Part shown: positions 30,654 to 40,576 of the stretch, piece after piece
Position numbering within the stretch: position 1 is the first letter of the stretch
How the letters are laid out: each line of letters begins with the position of its first letter
Notes under the pieces: generated by a model
What the model saw: only the letters and a program-made list of their open reading frames with translations
Database searches by the model: none
What the model was told of the DNA's origin: nothing
From: Methanobacteriota archaeon
Lineage (GTDB): Archaea > Thermoplasmatota > Thermoplasmata > SG8-5 > JAGLSY01
Direction: 5' to 3'
NCBI GenBank assembly: GCA_020696385.1
Contig: JAEHCQ010000001.1
Location: forward strand, 193,003-257,002
DNA: 64,000 bases
Made by a program: the position numbers and the translations under genes

Positions 30654-31335
30654 GTCTTTGCAATATTTTGATACTACCCTCGGACTCGACAATTGCTGAT
30701 GTAGCTAAGCCTATGAACAGCCCGTTCTCCACGACGCCAGGTATGTTATTTAGACTCGTCTCAAGTTTAACTGGATCGTCTATTTTATCGAAATACATGT
30801 CCAATATGTAATTTCCATTATCAGTGACAAAAGGCATTGTGTCATTCATGCGCATCCTGAGATCCTTGCACATTGGCTTCAATTTTGTAAGACAGACCTC
30901 CAATCCGAATGGTATTATTTCCACTGGCAATGGAGACCTTGTTCCAAGATGCGGAACAATTTTCCGCTCATCGGCGATTATAATCTCTTGCTTTGAAACC
31001 GAGGCAACTATCTTTTCACGAAGAAGCGCTCCACCCAGACCTTTTATCAAATTAAGGTCTGGATCTATCTCATCAGCACCATCGATCGTGATATCTATGA
31101 CCGGGTGGAACTCGAGGCCGACCAGGGGGATTCCCACCTCGATCGCCTGTTTTTCAGAGGCTTTGGATGTCGGGATGGCTTTAATATCGAGGCCGTCTGC
31201 CACCATTTCGCCAAGCTTGTTTATGGTGTAATACGCGGTGGAGCCAGTACCGAGGCCGACCACCATTCCGTCTTTGACGAATTCAGCTGCTTTCTCTCCA
31301 ACCAATTTCTTTGCATCCTCTGGATCGAGTTTCAT
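30646..31335 (-). CDS. rpiA: Ribose-5-phosphate isomerase A
   Basis: VVGLGTGSTA, DGADEID and KGxGGALLREK motifs. 229 aa. Confidence 0.85.
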   Translation of the reverse strand: MKLDPEDAKKLVGEKAAEFVKDGMVVGLGTGSTAYYTINKLGEMVADGLDIKAIPTSKASEKQAIEVGIPLVGLEFHPVIDITIDGADEIDPDLNLIKGLGGALLREKIVASVSKQEIIIADERKIVPHLGTRSPLPVEIIPFGLEVCLTKLKPMCKDLRMRMNDTMPFVTDNGNYILDMYFDKIDDPVKLETSLNNIPGVVENGLFIGLATSAIVESEGSIKILQRPT

Positions 31336-31803
31336 GGAGAAGGGGTATGTGAATGAAGTGAATATGTTTTTTGGAGGTTTATTATGTGGGGTGTGGCAGT
31401 GTGGAATGGGGATTTGTTGTGTGAGGTGTGGATAAGGACCCCGCCCATCGTTCTTAGTTCGAATCGCTTTGCGTCTCGAACTAATGATTTGCGAAATTTA
31501 CGCAAATCAGGACTCCTGGCGGGGCTTGGTTTGACCACTCGCTCTGAACGCGAGTGGATAATTCTTTTGCAGAATCATCGCTGGTCACCCACATCGCTAA
31601 CACATCAGGTACCCCGACCCTGCGTCTCTCGGGTCGGGGCATGCTCGCATGATCATCGCCCTGTTGAGAATATGCCTTGTATGTTCTATGCCCTGGTGGT
31701 ACATCGCGCCCGCCAGCCAAAATAATGCAGGTATTTCCCCCACCTCGAATAATTAAAGAATGCACCCGCCCTCTAGATACGATGAGTATAAGGTGTGCTC
31801 AAT
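31336..31803. other. 468-bp ORF-free, GC-rich, highly structured spacer between truD and rpiA: candidate structured non-coding RNA (identity unresolved)
   Basis: At least five strong local inverted repeats: ttagttcga..tcgaactaa, gatttgcg..cgcaaatc, ccactcgc..gcgagtgg, ccccgaccc..gggtcgggg, gaccccgcc..ggcggggc. There is a G/T-rich tract at the left end. Small track ORFs here look non-coding. Confidence 0.25.
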
Positions 31804-33129
31804 TCAATAGTCCAGCAAATTCTCGGACTTCATAAACTCACGGAGAAGGGTAGTGGCATAACACCCTTTGTTCAGATCGAAATCCAATTTCAGACCTGGA
31901 TTTTCTGATTCCTTATCAACACTGGAAAGCCCAAGATCATTGAGTGGACAGAGTACCTCACGTCTCGTGCCCTTGGAACTCATCCTCTCCATCCTGGGTA
32001 TGATGAAATCCTTCTGGCTTATCTTCTCGGCCTCGAATATCTTTAACTCAATTTCACCAGGCTGGCCCTCTGCGAATTCGGATTCGTGACCGATAAGCGG
32101 GGCACTGATGAAGGCCTTCTGCTTGCCTATGAGCTTTATAAGTTTAGGAATATTCGTATCATTGGCCGTCACCCAGTTCCTGTGATCCGGCAGACCGTAT
32201 TTATCCACCTTGAGCACCGCATCCCCTGGAACCGGCTCGTTCAGTGGTAAACCTTGAGCCATCCTCTCGCTCATGGTCTTATTGAATATGTACGATTGAT
32301 AAGCATGGATGAACATCATTAACAAGTTCTTAGGAAGTTGTTCTAATGCTCCGACATAGTCATCCGGTTGGAGTGCCAGATGATTCAGGATCGCTTTCTC
32401 AAAGCCCATGTGATCAGGATAGTAAACGAGGGCGGCTGCATAATCGCCCTCTTTTTTCAGCCTCTGCCGGGCTTCGATGGTCCCCGGGTTCTCATTGCCC
32501 ACAATATCGAAAAGATACATGTCGGCCGCTTCCTTAAACTGGCCTTCTATCATGTAGCGACCTACTTTGTGGGTGATCGGCCTGACAGCTCCAAAGCGCT
32601 GTACACCGAAATAATTTGGAAAGCCACCCAGTTCCTTGAGTTGAGCAACAGCTTCTGTGGCTATACTGGTGGCCTCGTCGATCGGTTTCTCCAGATTACG
32701 CAGAACGATCTCGAATTGATTACCAAAGAGATCGCCGATATTCACTCGCTTGTGGGTGCTGTATGCTTTTTCCACCGTGACATCTGGCATGTGCATCATG
32801 TTCACATTCTCCAATGTGGTTTGGAAAACAAAGAGTTGGGTCGTGATAGCCCGCTTGTCCTTGGTTCCGCAGAACATGATATTCCTGCGGCTTATTCTGA
32901 GATTCTTCGCCATCTTTCTCACAAGGCGATTGGTCTCCCAGTTGCGGGATGTCACAATAGCGGCAGTGAAATGACCCTTGGCCTCCAGGGGCATGTCTGA
33001 CCTTTCAATAACTCGAAAATCCTCAGCGGTCGTTCTTAGACGACCGCCAAGACCTTCGGTATTGGTATAAAAATATTCAAGGCCGATATTCTTTTCCTGG
33101 GCTCCTGCTGGCAGAATATCTGTCATCAC
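31804..33129 (-). CDS. truD: tRNA pseudouridine(13) synthase TruD
   Basis: 441 aa with the TruD catalytic motif (FCGTKDKRAITTQ) and an archaeal-length architecture. Confidence 0.8.
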   Translation of the reverse strand: MMTDILPAGAQEKNIGLEYFYTNTEGLGGRLRTTAEDFRVIERSDMPLEAKGHFTAAIVTSRNWETNRLVRKMAKNLRISRRNIMFCGTKDKRAITTQLFVFQTTLENVNMMHMPDVTVEKAYSTHKRVNIGDLFGNQFEIVLRNLEKPIDEATSIATEAVAQLKELGGFPNYFGVQRFGAVRPITHKVGRYMIEGQFKEAADMYLFDIVGNENPGTIEARQRLKKEGDYAAALVYYPDHMGFEKAILNHLALQPDDYVGALEQLPKNLLMMFIHAYQSYIFNKTMSERMAQGLPLNEPVPGDAVLKVDKYGLPDHRNWVTANDTNIPKLIKLIGKQKAFISAPLIGHESEFAEGQPGEIELKIFEAEKISQKDFIIPRMERMSSKGTRREVLCPLNDLGLSSVDKESENPGLKLDFDLNKGCYATTLLREFMKSENLLDY

Positions 33130-33428
33130 AATGCTTTCTCAAATATATCGAGAGCCTTGCCAAATTCCGCAGATAGGTTCTTCACAGCCTTCTTTATGGC
33201 GGTTTCCGGCTTGCCAGAGTTCATGGTGATGTAAATAAGTGGCTTGTCGAGAACCGGATGCCTCTGGAATACCTGAGCTGTCTTCACGTTCTTATCCTTC
33301 AGCAATTCCACTATAATGGGCTGGATCAATGTCTGGTCAGCTTCCGCGACCTCGATCTTTATGCTGTCCTTTTCCTTTTCTACGAGAATGAATTTCATAG
33401 GAGCACCGAGTTGTCCTGATAATTTCAT
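33126..33428 (-). CDS. rpoL: DNA-directed RNA polymerase subunit L (Rpo11)
   Basis: About 90-100 aa. The pattern KIEVAEADQTLIQPIIVELLKDKNVKTAQVFQRHPVLDKPLIYITMNSGKPETAIKKAV fits the RpoL/Rpb11 fold consensus. 4-nt overlap with truD. Confidence 0.55.
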   Translation of the reverse strand: MKLSGQLGAPMKFILVEKEKDSIKIEVAEADQTLIQPIIVELLKDKNVKTAQVFQRHPVLDKPLIYITMNSGKPETAIKKAVKNLSAEFGKALDIFEKAL

Positions 33429-33490
33429 CTATCTTTAAGCTTTCCGTTGAAAAATGGCGGATTAAGGGTAAATCCATCATATTGACAGGA

Positions 33491-34012
33491 TCAGCTGAAT
33501 TCCCTCAACTTATCAATGGAGGCCAGTGAGTGCATCTCCACCCCGACATCAGCCAGATTCTTGGCAGCTCCCTCTTCTCGATCAACAATGACTATCGCCT
33601 TTTCCACGATGCCGCCAGCTTCCCTCACGCAATTTATTGCGTCTATCAGGCTTCCCGCGGTTGTAGCAGTGTCCTCGACAAAGATGACCTTATCACCTTT
33701 CTCGATGGTTCCTTCCACTCTTTTCTGGGTGCCGTGGCCCTTGCTGGCCTTTCTTATCATCAAATATGGTTTGCCAGTTTCCAAGGAAAGCGCGGCCGCG
33801 ATGGGGACCGCGCTCAATGCCACCCCTGCTATTCGGTCTATTCCATCTGTGTACGGGGCCATGGCCTCTGCCACAGCCTTCAGGAATTCTGGCTGTGTTA
33901 TCGCCACCCTCAGATCCACATAATAATCGCTCTCTCTGCCAGAAGCCAGTGTGAACTTCCCGGTCTTGAACGCGCCCAATTCAACTATCAATTTCTCAAG
34001 CATTTGTATCAC
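33491..34012 (-). CDS. pyrE: Orotate phosphoribosyltransferase
   Basis: GAFKTGKFTLASGRESDYYVD and the PRPP-binding VIFVEDTATTAGS motif. Confidence 0.85.
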   Translation of the reverse strand: MIQMLEKLIVELGAFKTGKFTLASGRESDYYVDLRVAITQPEFLKAVAEAMAPYTDGIDRIAGVALSAVPIAAALSLETGKPYLMIRKASKGHGTQKRVEGTIEKGDKVIFVEDTATTAGSLIDAINCVREAGGIVEKAIVIVDREEGAAKNLADVGVEMHSLASIDKLREFS

Positions 34013-34060
34013 CTATTTTGACCATGGCGATCGATCCTGCATCGTATCTCGCAGACCCAT

Positions 34061-34678
34061 TCACCAAGGCACCTCCTTCTTTCCCATCTTGTAGCCGATT
34101 ATATTGGTCAGCCGATGCAGGATGGGTATTAGTATGACTATGAAAATAAGACCAAAGATATGATCTCCGGCAAGGTACTGGCTCTCGAACCACGAGAACT
34201 CGAATATTAAAATGAAAATAAGGGAACCGATAAGTAGGTCATATTGGTCCATTATCGGAAATTTCGAGCCTTTTTCCTTTCCCAGTCTTCTCTTGAGAAA
34301 ACTGCCAAGAAGGTCGCCCACCATTGAACCAAAAGCCAGGAAGAACAAAAGTGGAATGGCATCTCCCCATTCCCCGAAGGACCACTCTGGCTTGTCAAGA
34401 ACATATAATGCCAAAATATTGAATATCGCGCCCAGTGCCATACCCGTGAGAGTGCCGCCGATCAAACCGCGCCATGTCTTGCCAGGGCCAAGTATCGGTC
34501 TCCCATCCTTGGCCATCTTGCCAAAGTCAATAGGAGTTCCACCCCCGGTAAGAACGGCTCCGGAACTGGGAGCCAGGGCTGGAAGGATAAACCATAATGC
34601 CTGTCCGAGGATAGTAACGATTCCCATCAGTTGGAGAAGGTGGAACTGATAGAAAAGGTTGAGGGTGGGGTTATGCAA
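34061..34678 (-). CDS. carS: CDP-archaeol synthase (CarS, DUF46 family)
   Basis: Polytopic membrane protein with GKTWRGLIGG and DLLGSFLKRRLG motifs characteristic of CarS. The start is possibly at an internal Met. Confidence 0.7.
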   Translation of the reverse strand: MHNPTLNLFYQFHLLQLMGIVTILGQALWFILPALAPSSGAVLTGGGTPIDFGKMAKDGRPILGPGKTWRGLIGGTLTGMALGAIFNILALYVLDKPEWSFGEWGDAIPLLFFLAFGSMVGDLLGSFLKRRLGKEKGSKFPIMDQYDLLIGSLIFILIFEFSWFESQYLAGDHIFGLIFIVILIPILHRLTNIIGYKMGKKEVPW

Positions 34679-34730
34679 AATTACTTCAATAATCCTGCTA
34701 TGTTCAATAGATTACCAAGGAGAAGAGCCC

Positions 34731-37700
34731 ATGAAGCAAAAATTAATGCCTTTGATATTATGTATTTTGATGATAACAGTACCACTGAGCACGATGTTGC
34801 CAGCGGTTATTTCCGAACCTACCCTTCCTGTCCCTACATTCGTTGGAGGGAACGGTACACCTGGAGATCCATTTCAAATTGCCAATGTGACACATTTGCA
34901 AGCCATGAATTCAAATCACACTGCCCATTATATTCTCATCAATGACATTGATGCCAGCGACACCTCGGGCTGGAACTGGAACAATGACCACTTCGATGGT
35001 TTCGACCCCATTGGATGGAATACTGGAGGACAGTTCCTGGGCAGTCTGGATGGACAGGGATTCTCTGTTTCAAACCTTTACATCAACAGGTCGAGCGAGT
35101 CCTATAATGGCCTTATTGGCTTGACTGGAAGTGGCGCGGTAATCCAGAATGTCAACGTAGTGGAGGCTGACATCACAGGATATGATGCCTGTGGAATGCT
35201 GGTCGGCAGGTTGAGCAGTAACACTTTCATCTACAACTGCTCCTCAGAGGGGAGTGTCACGGCAACCCGTGATGTGGGCGGTCTGGTCGGCACTACTTAT
35301 GATTCCACGATCGAAAATTCATATTCAGAAGGAACGGTCACATGCTTATTGAACTTCAATTATGCTGTAGGAGGGCTGGTTGGTGAAGCCATGGGGTCTT
35401 CGGCTTTCATATATGATTGTTACTCGACGGCGGATGTTGACGGTGGTCTGAACACTGGTGGACTTGTTGGCTACAACAACAATGCGAATATATTCAGAAG
35501 CTATAGCACAGGCCAGGCCACAGGAACTGGTAATGTCGGTGGCCTTGTGGGATTAAGTGATGCGTCACCTACGGTCAGTGACTGCTACTGGGACACCGAG
35601 ACCTCAGGACTCCTGACCAGCGCCGGTGGCACGGGAAAGACAACTGCCGAGATGTACACCCAATCCACCTTCACAGGATGGGACTTCAATGTTGTTGGTG
35701 ACGGAACCATCGGGAACTGGATGATGGCTGGCTACCCGCATTTGCAATTTGAGACCACTTCTGAAATTACAGACGTGGTAGAGCTGCAATTGATGGAGAT
35801 CGACCTTGGCGGGGATTATAGAATAATGAATGATATTGATGCCAGCGATACGATCCTTTGGAACAATGGCTCGGGATTTTACTCTATCGGCTCAATGATA
35901 ACATTGGGTAAGCTAAATGGACAGGGCTTTTCTGTAGATAGTTTGTTCATCAATAGGCCAGCATCTGATAATATCGGGCTCATAGCGACCCTCAGCGGTG
36001 CTGGAGCCATGGTATCGAACCTATCGCTTACAAATGCGGACATAACCGGAAACAACAATGTCGGCGGAATAGCTGGCTCCACAATAAGCAGCACTTTGGA
36101 TTCATGCTTTGTAAGTGGCAGTATAAGCGGCTCGGGTAATAACCTGGGAGGCCTTATCGGAACTGCTGATGCCAGCACCATGGTGGAAGATTGCCACACT
36201 GACATCACTGTTGCTGGTGGTTCGGGAGCCAATACAGGAGGTCTGATCGGTCAGAGTCTGGGTACAGTATCCAATTGCACAGCATCAGGCTACACATCCG
36301 GGACAGGACAAGATATTGGCGGCCTTATCGGAGAGAAGGAAGGCAATGTCACCAACTGCACATCATATGGATACACAAATTCAACCACTGCCAATGTTGG
36401 CGGCCTTATCGGTTATTCAATTTCAGGTGCGGTTACTGACTGCAATTCATTCGGTAATGTTCTGGGAGTGGCCAGTGTAGGGGGGCTTGTGGGCCATCAT
36501 AGTGGCTCGCTGACAGATTCGAATGCATATGGTGATGTAACTGGAACCAGCACGGCATTAACTTCCAGCATCGGCGGCCTTATTGGATGGATCAACCAGG
36601 CCAGCATCAGCAATTGCACAGCCCACGGGGATGTCGTGAGCGCTGGAGGCAGGTCAGGAGGGCTGATTGGGTCCAATACCTGGATAACCATCAATGGTTG
36701 CAGTGCCTACGGTGATGTGACAGCAGCTGGTAGCGAGATAGGGGGGCTTGTGGGGCAAATGGCATGGGCCAGCTCCCAGAACTCCAATGCACATGGAGAT
36801 GTCAGTGGGGCTAGCCGTGTGGGCGGACTCCTTGGCTTCAATTCCGGGACAGCTGGTGGATATACCAGACACTCCAATGCTTATGGGAATGTGACTGCTG
36901 GAGGCAAGGTTGGCGGTCTCATCGGTGAAAACCAAGAGGCCTCGATAACCAATTGTACTGCCTGGGGAATAGTGAATGGCTCAAGCAATGTAGGGGGTCT
37001 TGTAGGCTACAATAATGACGCGACGGTCAACTCATTCACCACTACCTCCAATGCCCATGGAGATGTTATCGGGACTGGCAACAATGTTGGTGGTCTGATG
37101 GGCTATCAGAGCCATGGGGACATGACCCATTCCAATGCCTATGGAGATGTTACGACCCAGGGCAACAATGTTGGTGGGCTTGCGGGCAATTTCAATGCGA
37201 GGAATGTGAACAACTGTACGGCTCATGGAAATGTAACTGGCAGTAACAGTGTAGGGGGTCTTCTCGGCTTCCTGCCAGGATACACGCTTAGTCAATCCTC
37301 AGCCCATGGTTCTGTTACTGGTGTAAACAACACTGGAGGTCTAGTGGGTTCCAGTTCGGGGACCATCACCAGGTGTTTTACAGAGGGCAGTGTGTCCGGG
37401 AATAATTCTGTCGGAGGAATTGTCGGGACCAATGATGGCGATATTAACACGAGCTTTGCAACGGGTTCTGTATCTGGCTATTCAATGGTCGGCGGCTTTG
37501 TGGGCCTGAACTCCCTCAATGGTTTCATAGAGAACTGTTACGCGCATGGCGATGTTTCGGCCATCAATATGACCGTTGGCGGCTTCGGCGGAATGAACGA
37601 GCTGACTGGTGGCGTCATCAATAACAGCTACAGTGTCGGAGCAGCATCTGGAGATTCATTGGTTGGCGGCTTTTTAGGAGAACCGAACGGAGATTCCAAC

Positions 37701-40565
37701 AACTGCTTCTGGGACAACCAGACATCTGGTCACACGACTGGCAACGGGGCCACAGGAATGAACACCATAGACATGATGACCCAGAGCATATTCACAGGAG
37801 CTGGCTGGGATTTCGCCACCATCTGGGGAATGTTCGAACACAGTACCTATCCGCTTTTAAGATTTTCCGGTATGTTCACACCCGTCCACAACCTGGATAC
37901 AGGCGAGAACTTCACCACGATCCAGGAAGCGATCGACGATGCAAATACCCTGAACGGGCATACCATATTTGTTGAAGCTGGGACATATGTGGAGAACGTG
38001 GTTGTCAACAAGAAGCTGAAGATTTGGGGTGAAGACCGCGACACGACGATAATCGACGGCAACCTTGTGGACAACGCTGTTCTTATCACCGCTAACGGTA
38101 CTCGGTTTTCGGGATTCCAGGTAATAAATGCAGGTGGTTTCGGTTATGGAATTTATGTCCAGGCGGACGGTTGTGAGATATATGACAATATAGCTACGGA
38201 TTGCGTTGCGGGAATTTACCTGAGTTCTGAAGGTACAACGGTCACACAAAATCATCTTTACAATAATTCCTGGGTCGGCATACGCCTATGGGGTTCCAAC
38301 AATAATACAGTCTCTAATAATAACGCGTCATTTAATAGACAGGGCATCAACCTCTATTCTTCAAGTACAGAAAATAACACCATTTTAAGGAATGAATTCT
38401 TCAACAATTCAGGGAACGGGATTTATCTGGCCAATGCCAATAACAACACGTTCTATAAGAATAATGTGAGTTGGAGTAATTACTCGATCTACTTCGACAG
38501 TGTATGCTCCGGAAACAGGTTTTATAATAACAATTTCATGGATGCGAATATAAATCACGTGAATGACCCGGCACCCGCCGGAAACTTCTACGACAATGGC
38601 CTGCCAGACGGTGGAAATTACTGGGATGATTATACCGGAGTGGATACGGATTCCGACGGCATAGGGGACACATTGGTCCCCCACCCGGTAGCCAATTATG
38701 ATCAATATCCCTGGACCAATGCCAGTGGCTGGAATGAACCCTGCGTGGCTAACAATGACACATACAACACCGACGAGGACACAGTGCTGATTGCGGTAAT
38801 ACTGGAGAACGACACCGACCCTGACCCGGAAGATATTCTGGTGGTCCTTGAAATAAATGGATTGGCTACCATCGGAGTGCCGACGCTTTTGCTGTCCGGG
38901 GCTCTTTTGACCCAGGAAGCGGACGGCTCGTTCATCTATGACACGAATGGTGCATTCGATTATATGAGCGCAGGCGATCATTTCATTGACAACTACACCT
39001 ACATGATCTCGGACGAAAAGGGCAGTTTCGACAATGCGACCGTGATCGTCAATGTTACAGGCGTGAACGATCCTCCGACAGCCCAGGTCGATGGTTTCAC
39101 CACTGACCAGAACAGCAATGCAAGCGGAAATGTTCTTGCGGACAACGGAAACACTGCGGATTCCGACCTCGAAGGCGATACCCTCACGGTAAGCGAGGTC
39201 AATGGCAATGGTGCAAGTATCGGAAGCCAGACAACATTACCGTCCGGAGCCCTATTGACCCAGGAAGCAAACGGCACGTTCATCTACGATCCAAACGGGC
39301 AGTTCGATTATCTGACCGTCGGAGAGCAGGCTTCTGATACCTTCAATTATACACTCTGGGATGGTACAACGGGTAATGATATCGGGATGGTAACGATAAC
39401 TATCACCGGCCTGAATGATGCGCCGACGGCTGTCGATGATGATCCAATTGTAATAAGCGAGGATTCGGGGGCCAATCCGATCGACGTGCTGGCCAATGAT
39501 GATGACCCTGATACAAGCGATGTTCTGCTTATCACCGTGACCACACAGGGCACGAATGGAATTGTCATAATAACGGATGGCGGAACAGGCCTGACCTACA
39601 CCCCGGACGCGAATTATTTCGGCAATGACACATTCACCTACACGATTGATGACGGCAATGGACTTACGGATACAGCCAATGTTGATCTGTTGATTAGCTC
39701 GGTGAACGATGCTCCGATAATTACGACCACGAATACTGTTACGGCCAATCAGGCAGTCCCGTACAGTGTGGATTACAATGCTACAGATACTGAATTGGAT
39801 ACACTGGCGTGGAGCTTGACATCCAATGCAACCTGGTTGACAATCGGAGCTACCGACGGCATACTGGCCGGAACACCGACAGGTGCAGGGATCTTCAGTG
39901 TGAATATCGAGGTCGATGACAATAATGGCGGTCTGGACTGGAGCAATTTCACCCTGACTGTAACTGGTAACACAACTCAAGCTGGTACGGACACCGACGG
40001 CGATGGAACCCCTGATGATGAGGATGACTTCCCGAACGATGCCAATGAGACCACAGACACAGATGGAGATGGTGTGGGAGACAATGGAGACGAGTTCCCC
40101 AATGATGCCACTGAATCCTCAGATACCGACGGTGATGGCACCGGCGACAATGCGGATGCTTTCCCTGATGATGCGGCTGCCTCGGTGGATGCTGACGATG
40201 ATGGCAAGCCAGATAAGTGGAACGAAGGCTATACAGCAGATGACTCGACAACTGGCCTTGAACTGGATGATGCCGTCGATGACACAGATGATACGGATGA
40301 TACAGATGACCCGGCTGATGACGACTCCAATATCTGGCTCTATCTGATCATCATACTCATCATAGTTGGAATTGTTGGAGCCATACTCTTCATGAAAGGA
40401 TCTGGCAAAAAGAGAACTGAGGACCTCATCAATGAAGGTTCTGAGTCACCAGAGGAAATAGAGGAGAGCGATCTGGAGGAAGAGGCCGATTTAGTAGAAG
40501 AAGCATCGGCTGAACCCTCTTCTTCTACTGAATCATTGGACAATGGTGAAGACCTGACAAAGTAA
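34731..40565 (+). CDS. Giant cell-surface protein: signal peptide, long GLUG-motif repeat region, right-handed parallel beta-helix (PbH1) repeats, cadherin-like/VCBS-like domains, thrombospondin-type-3-like Ca-binding D-rich repeats, C-terminal TM anchor and an acidic cytoplasmic tail
   Basis: The start is set at ATG 34731 (GGAG RBS) rather than the track's 34659. MKQKLMPLILCILMITVPLSTMLPAVIS is a signal peptide. There are more than 25 [NS]VGGL[VI]G repeats, an N-rich beta-helix segment (NNSWVGIRLWGSNNNTVSNNNASFNRQGINLY...), VNDPPTA/LNDAPTA/VNDAPIIT boundaries, DTDGDGTPDDEDDFPND-type repeats, a TM helix IWLYLIIILIIVGIVGAILFM and an E/D-rich tail. The minus-strand ORFs inside it are shadows. 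Confidence 0.85.
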   Translation: MKQKLMPLILCILMITVPLSTMLPAVISEPTLPVPTFVGGNGTPGDPFQIANVTHLQAMNSNHTAHYILINDIDASDTSGWNWNNDHFDGFDPIGWNTGGQFLGSLDGQGFSVSNLYINRSSESYNGLIGLTGSGAVIQNVNVVEADITGYDACGMLVGRLSSNTFIYNCSSEGSVTATRDVGGLVGTTYDSTIENSYSEGTVTCLLNFNYAVGGLVGEAMGSSAFIYDCYSTADVDGGLNTGGLVGYNNNANIFRSYSTGQATGTGNVGGLVGLSDASPTVSDCYWDTETSGLLTSAGGTGKTTAEMYTQSTFTGWDFNVVGDGTIGNWMMAGYPHLQFETTSEITDVVELQLMEIDLGGDYRIMNDIDASDTILWNNGSGFYSIGSMITLGKLNGQGFSVDSLFINRPASDNIGLIATLSGAGAMVSNLSLTNADITGNNNVGGIAGSTISSTLDSCFVSGSISGSGNNLGGLIGTADASTMVEDCHTDITVAGGSGANTGGLIGQSLGTVSNCTASGYTSGTGQDIGGLIGEKEGNVTNCTSYGYTNSTTANVGGLIGYSISGAVTDCNSFGNVLGVASVGGLVGHHSGSLTDSNAYGDVTGTSTALTSSIGGLIGWINQASISNCTAHGDVVSAGGRSGGLIGSNTWITINGCSAYGDVTAAGSEIGGLVGQMAWASSQNSNAHGDVSGASRVGGLLGFNSGTAGGYTRHSNAYGNVTAGGKVGGLIGENQEASITNCTAWGIVNGSSNVGGLVGYNNDATVNSFTTTSNAHGDVIGTGNNVGGLMGYQSHGDMTHSNAYGDVTTQGNNVGGLAGNFNARNVNNCTAHGNVTGSNSVGGLLGFLPGYTLSQSSAHGSVTGVNNTGGLVGSSSGTITRCFTEGSVSGNNSVGGIVGTNDGDINTSFATGSVSGYSMVGGFVGLNSLNGFIENCYAHGDVSAINMTVGGFGGMNELTGGVINNSYSVGAASGDSLVGGFLGEPNGDSNNCFWDNQTSGHTTGNGATGMNTIDMMTQSIFTGAGWDFATIWGMFEHSTYPLLRFSGMFTPVHNLDTGENFTTIQEAIDDANTLNGHTIFVEAGTYVENVVVNKKLKIWGEDRDTTIIDGNLVDNAVLITANGTRFSGFQVINAGGFGYGIYVQADGCEIYDNIATDCVAGIYLSSEGTTVTQNHLYNNSWVGIRLWGSNNNTVSNNNASFNRQGINLYSSSTENNTILRNEFFNNSGNGIYLANANNNTFYKNNVSWSNYSIYFDSVCSGNRFYNNNFMDANINHVNDPAPAGNFYDNGLPDGGNYWDDYTGVDTDSDGIGDTLVPHPVANYDQYPWTNASGWNEPCVANNDTYNTDEDTVLIAVILENDTDPDPEDILVVLEINGLATIGVPTLLLSGALLTQEADGSFIYDTNGAFDYMSAGDHFIDNYTYMISDEKGSFDNATVIVNVTGVNDPPTAQVDGFTTDQNSNASGNVLADNGNTADSDLEGDTLTVSEVNGNGASIGSQTTLPSGALLTQEANGTFIYDPNGQFDYLTVGEQASDTFNYTLWDGTTGNDIGMVTITITGLNDAPTAVDDDPIVISEDSGANPIDVLANDDDPDTSDVLLITVTTQGTNGIVIITDGGTGLTYTPDANYFGNDTFTYTIDDGNGLTDTANVDLLISSVNDAPIITTTNTVTANQAVPYSVDYNATDTELDTLAWSLTSNATWLTIGATDGILAGTPTGAGIFSVNIEVDDNNGGLDWSNFTLTVTGNTTQAGTDTDGDGTPDDEDDFPNDANETTDTDGDGVGDNGDEFPNDATESSDTDGDGTGDNADAFPDDAAASVDADDDGKPDKWNEGYTADDSTTGLELDDAVDDTDDTDDTDDPADDDSNIWLYLIIILIIVGIVGAILFMKGSGKKRTEDLINEGSESPEEIEESDLEEEADLVEEASAEPSSSTESLDNGEDLTK

Positions 40566-40576
40566 GCTCAGTAAGC

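Noticed and set aside
31336-31803. Assigning the structured spacer specifically as RNase P RNA or SRP RNA
   Set aside because: The universally conserved RNase P CR-I (GGAAAGUC…), CR-IV/CR-V (ACAGAA…) and SRP domain-IV signatures could not be located on either strand. It is left as an unclassified ncRNA candidate.
35604-40543. Minus-strand ORFs inside the giant surface-protein gene (e.g. 38409..38981, 39252..39980, 39949..40251)
   Set aside because: They are embedded antisense to a clearly coding 5.8-kb gene with domain structure. Their low-complexity H/R/C-rich translations are typical shadow ORFs.
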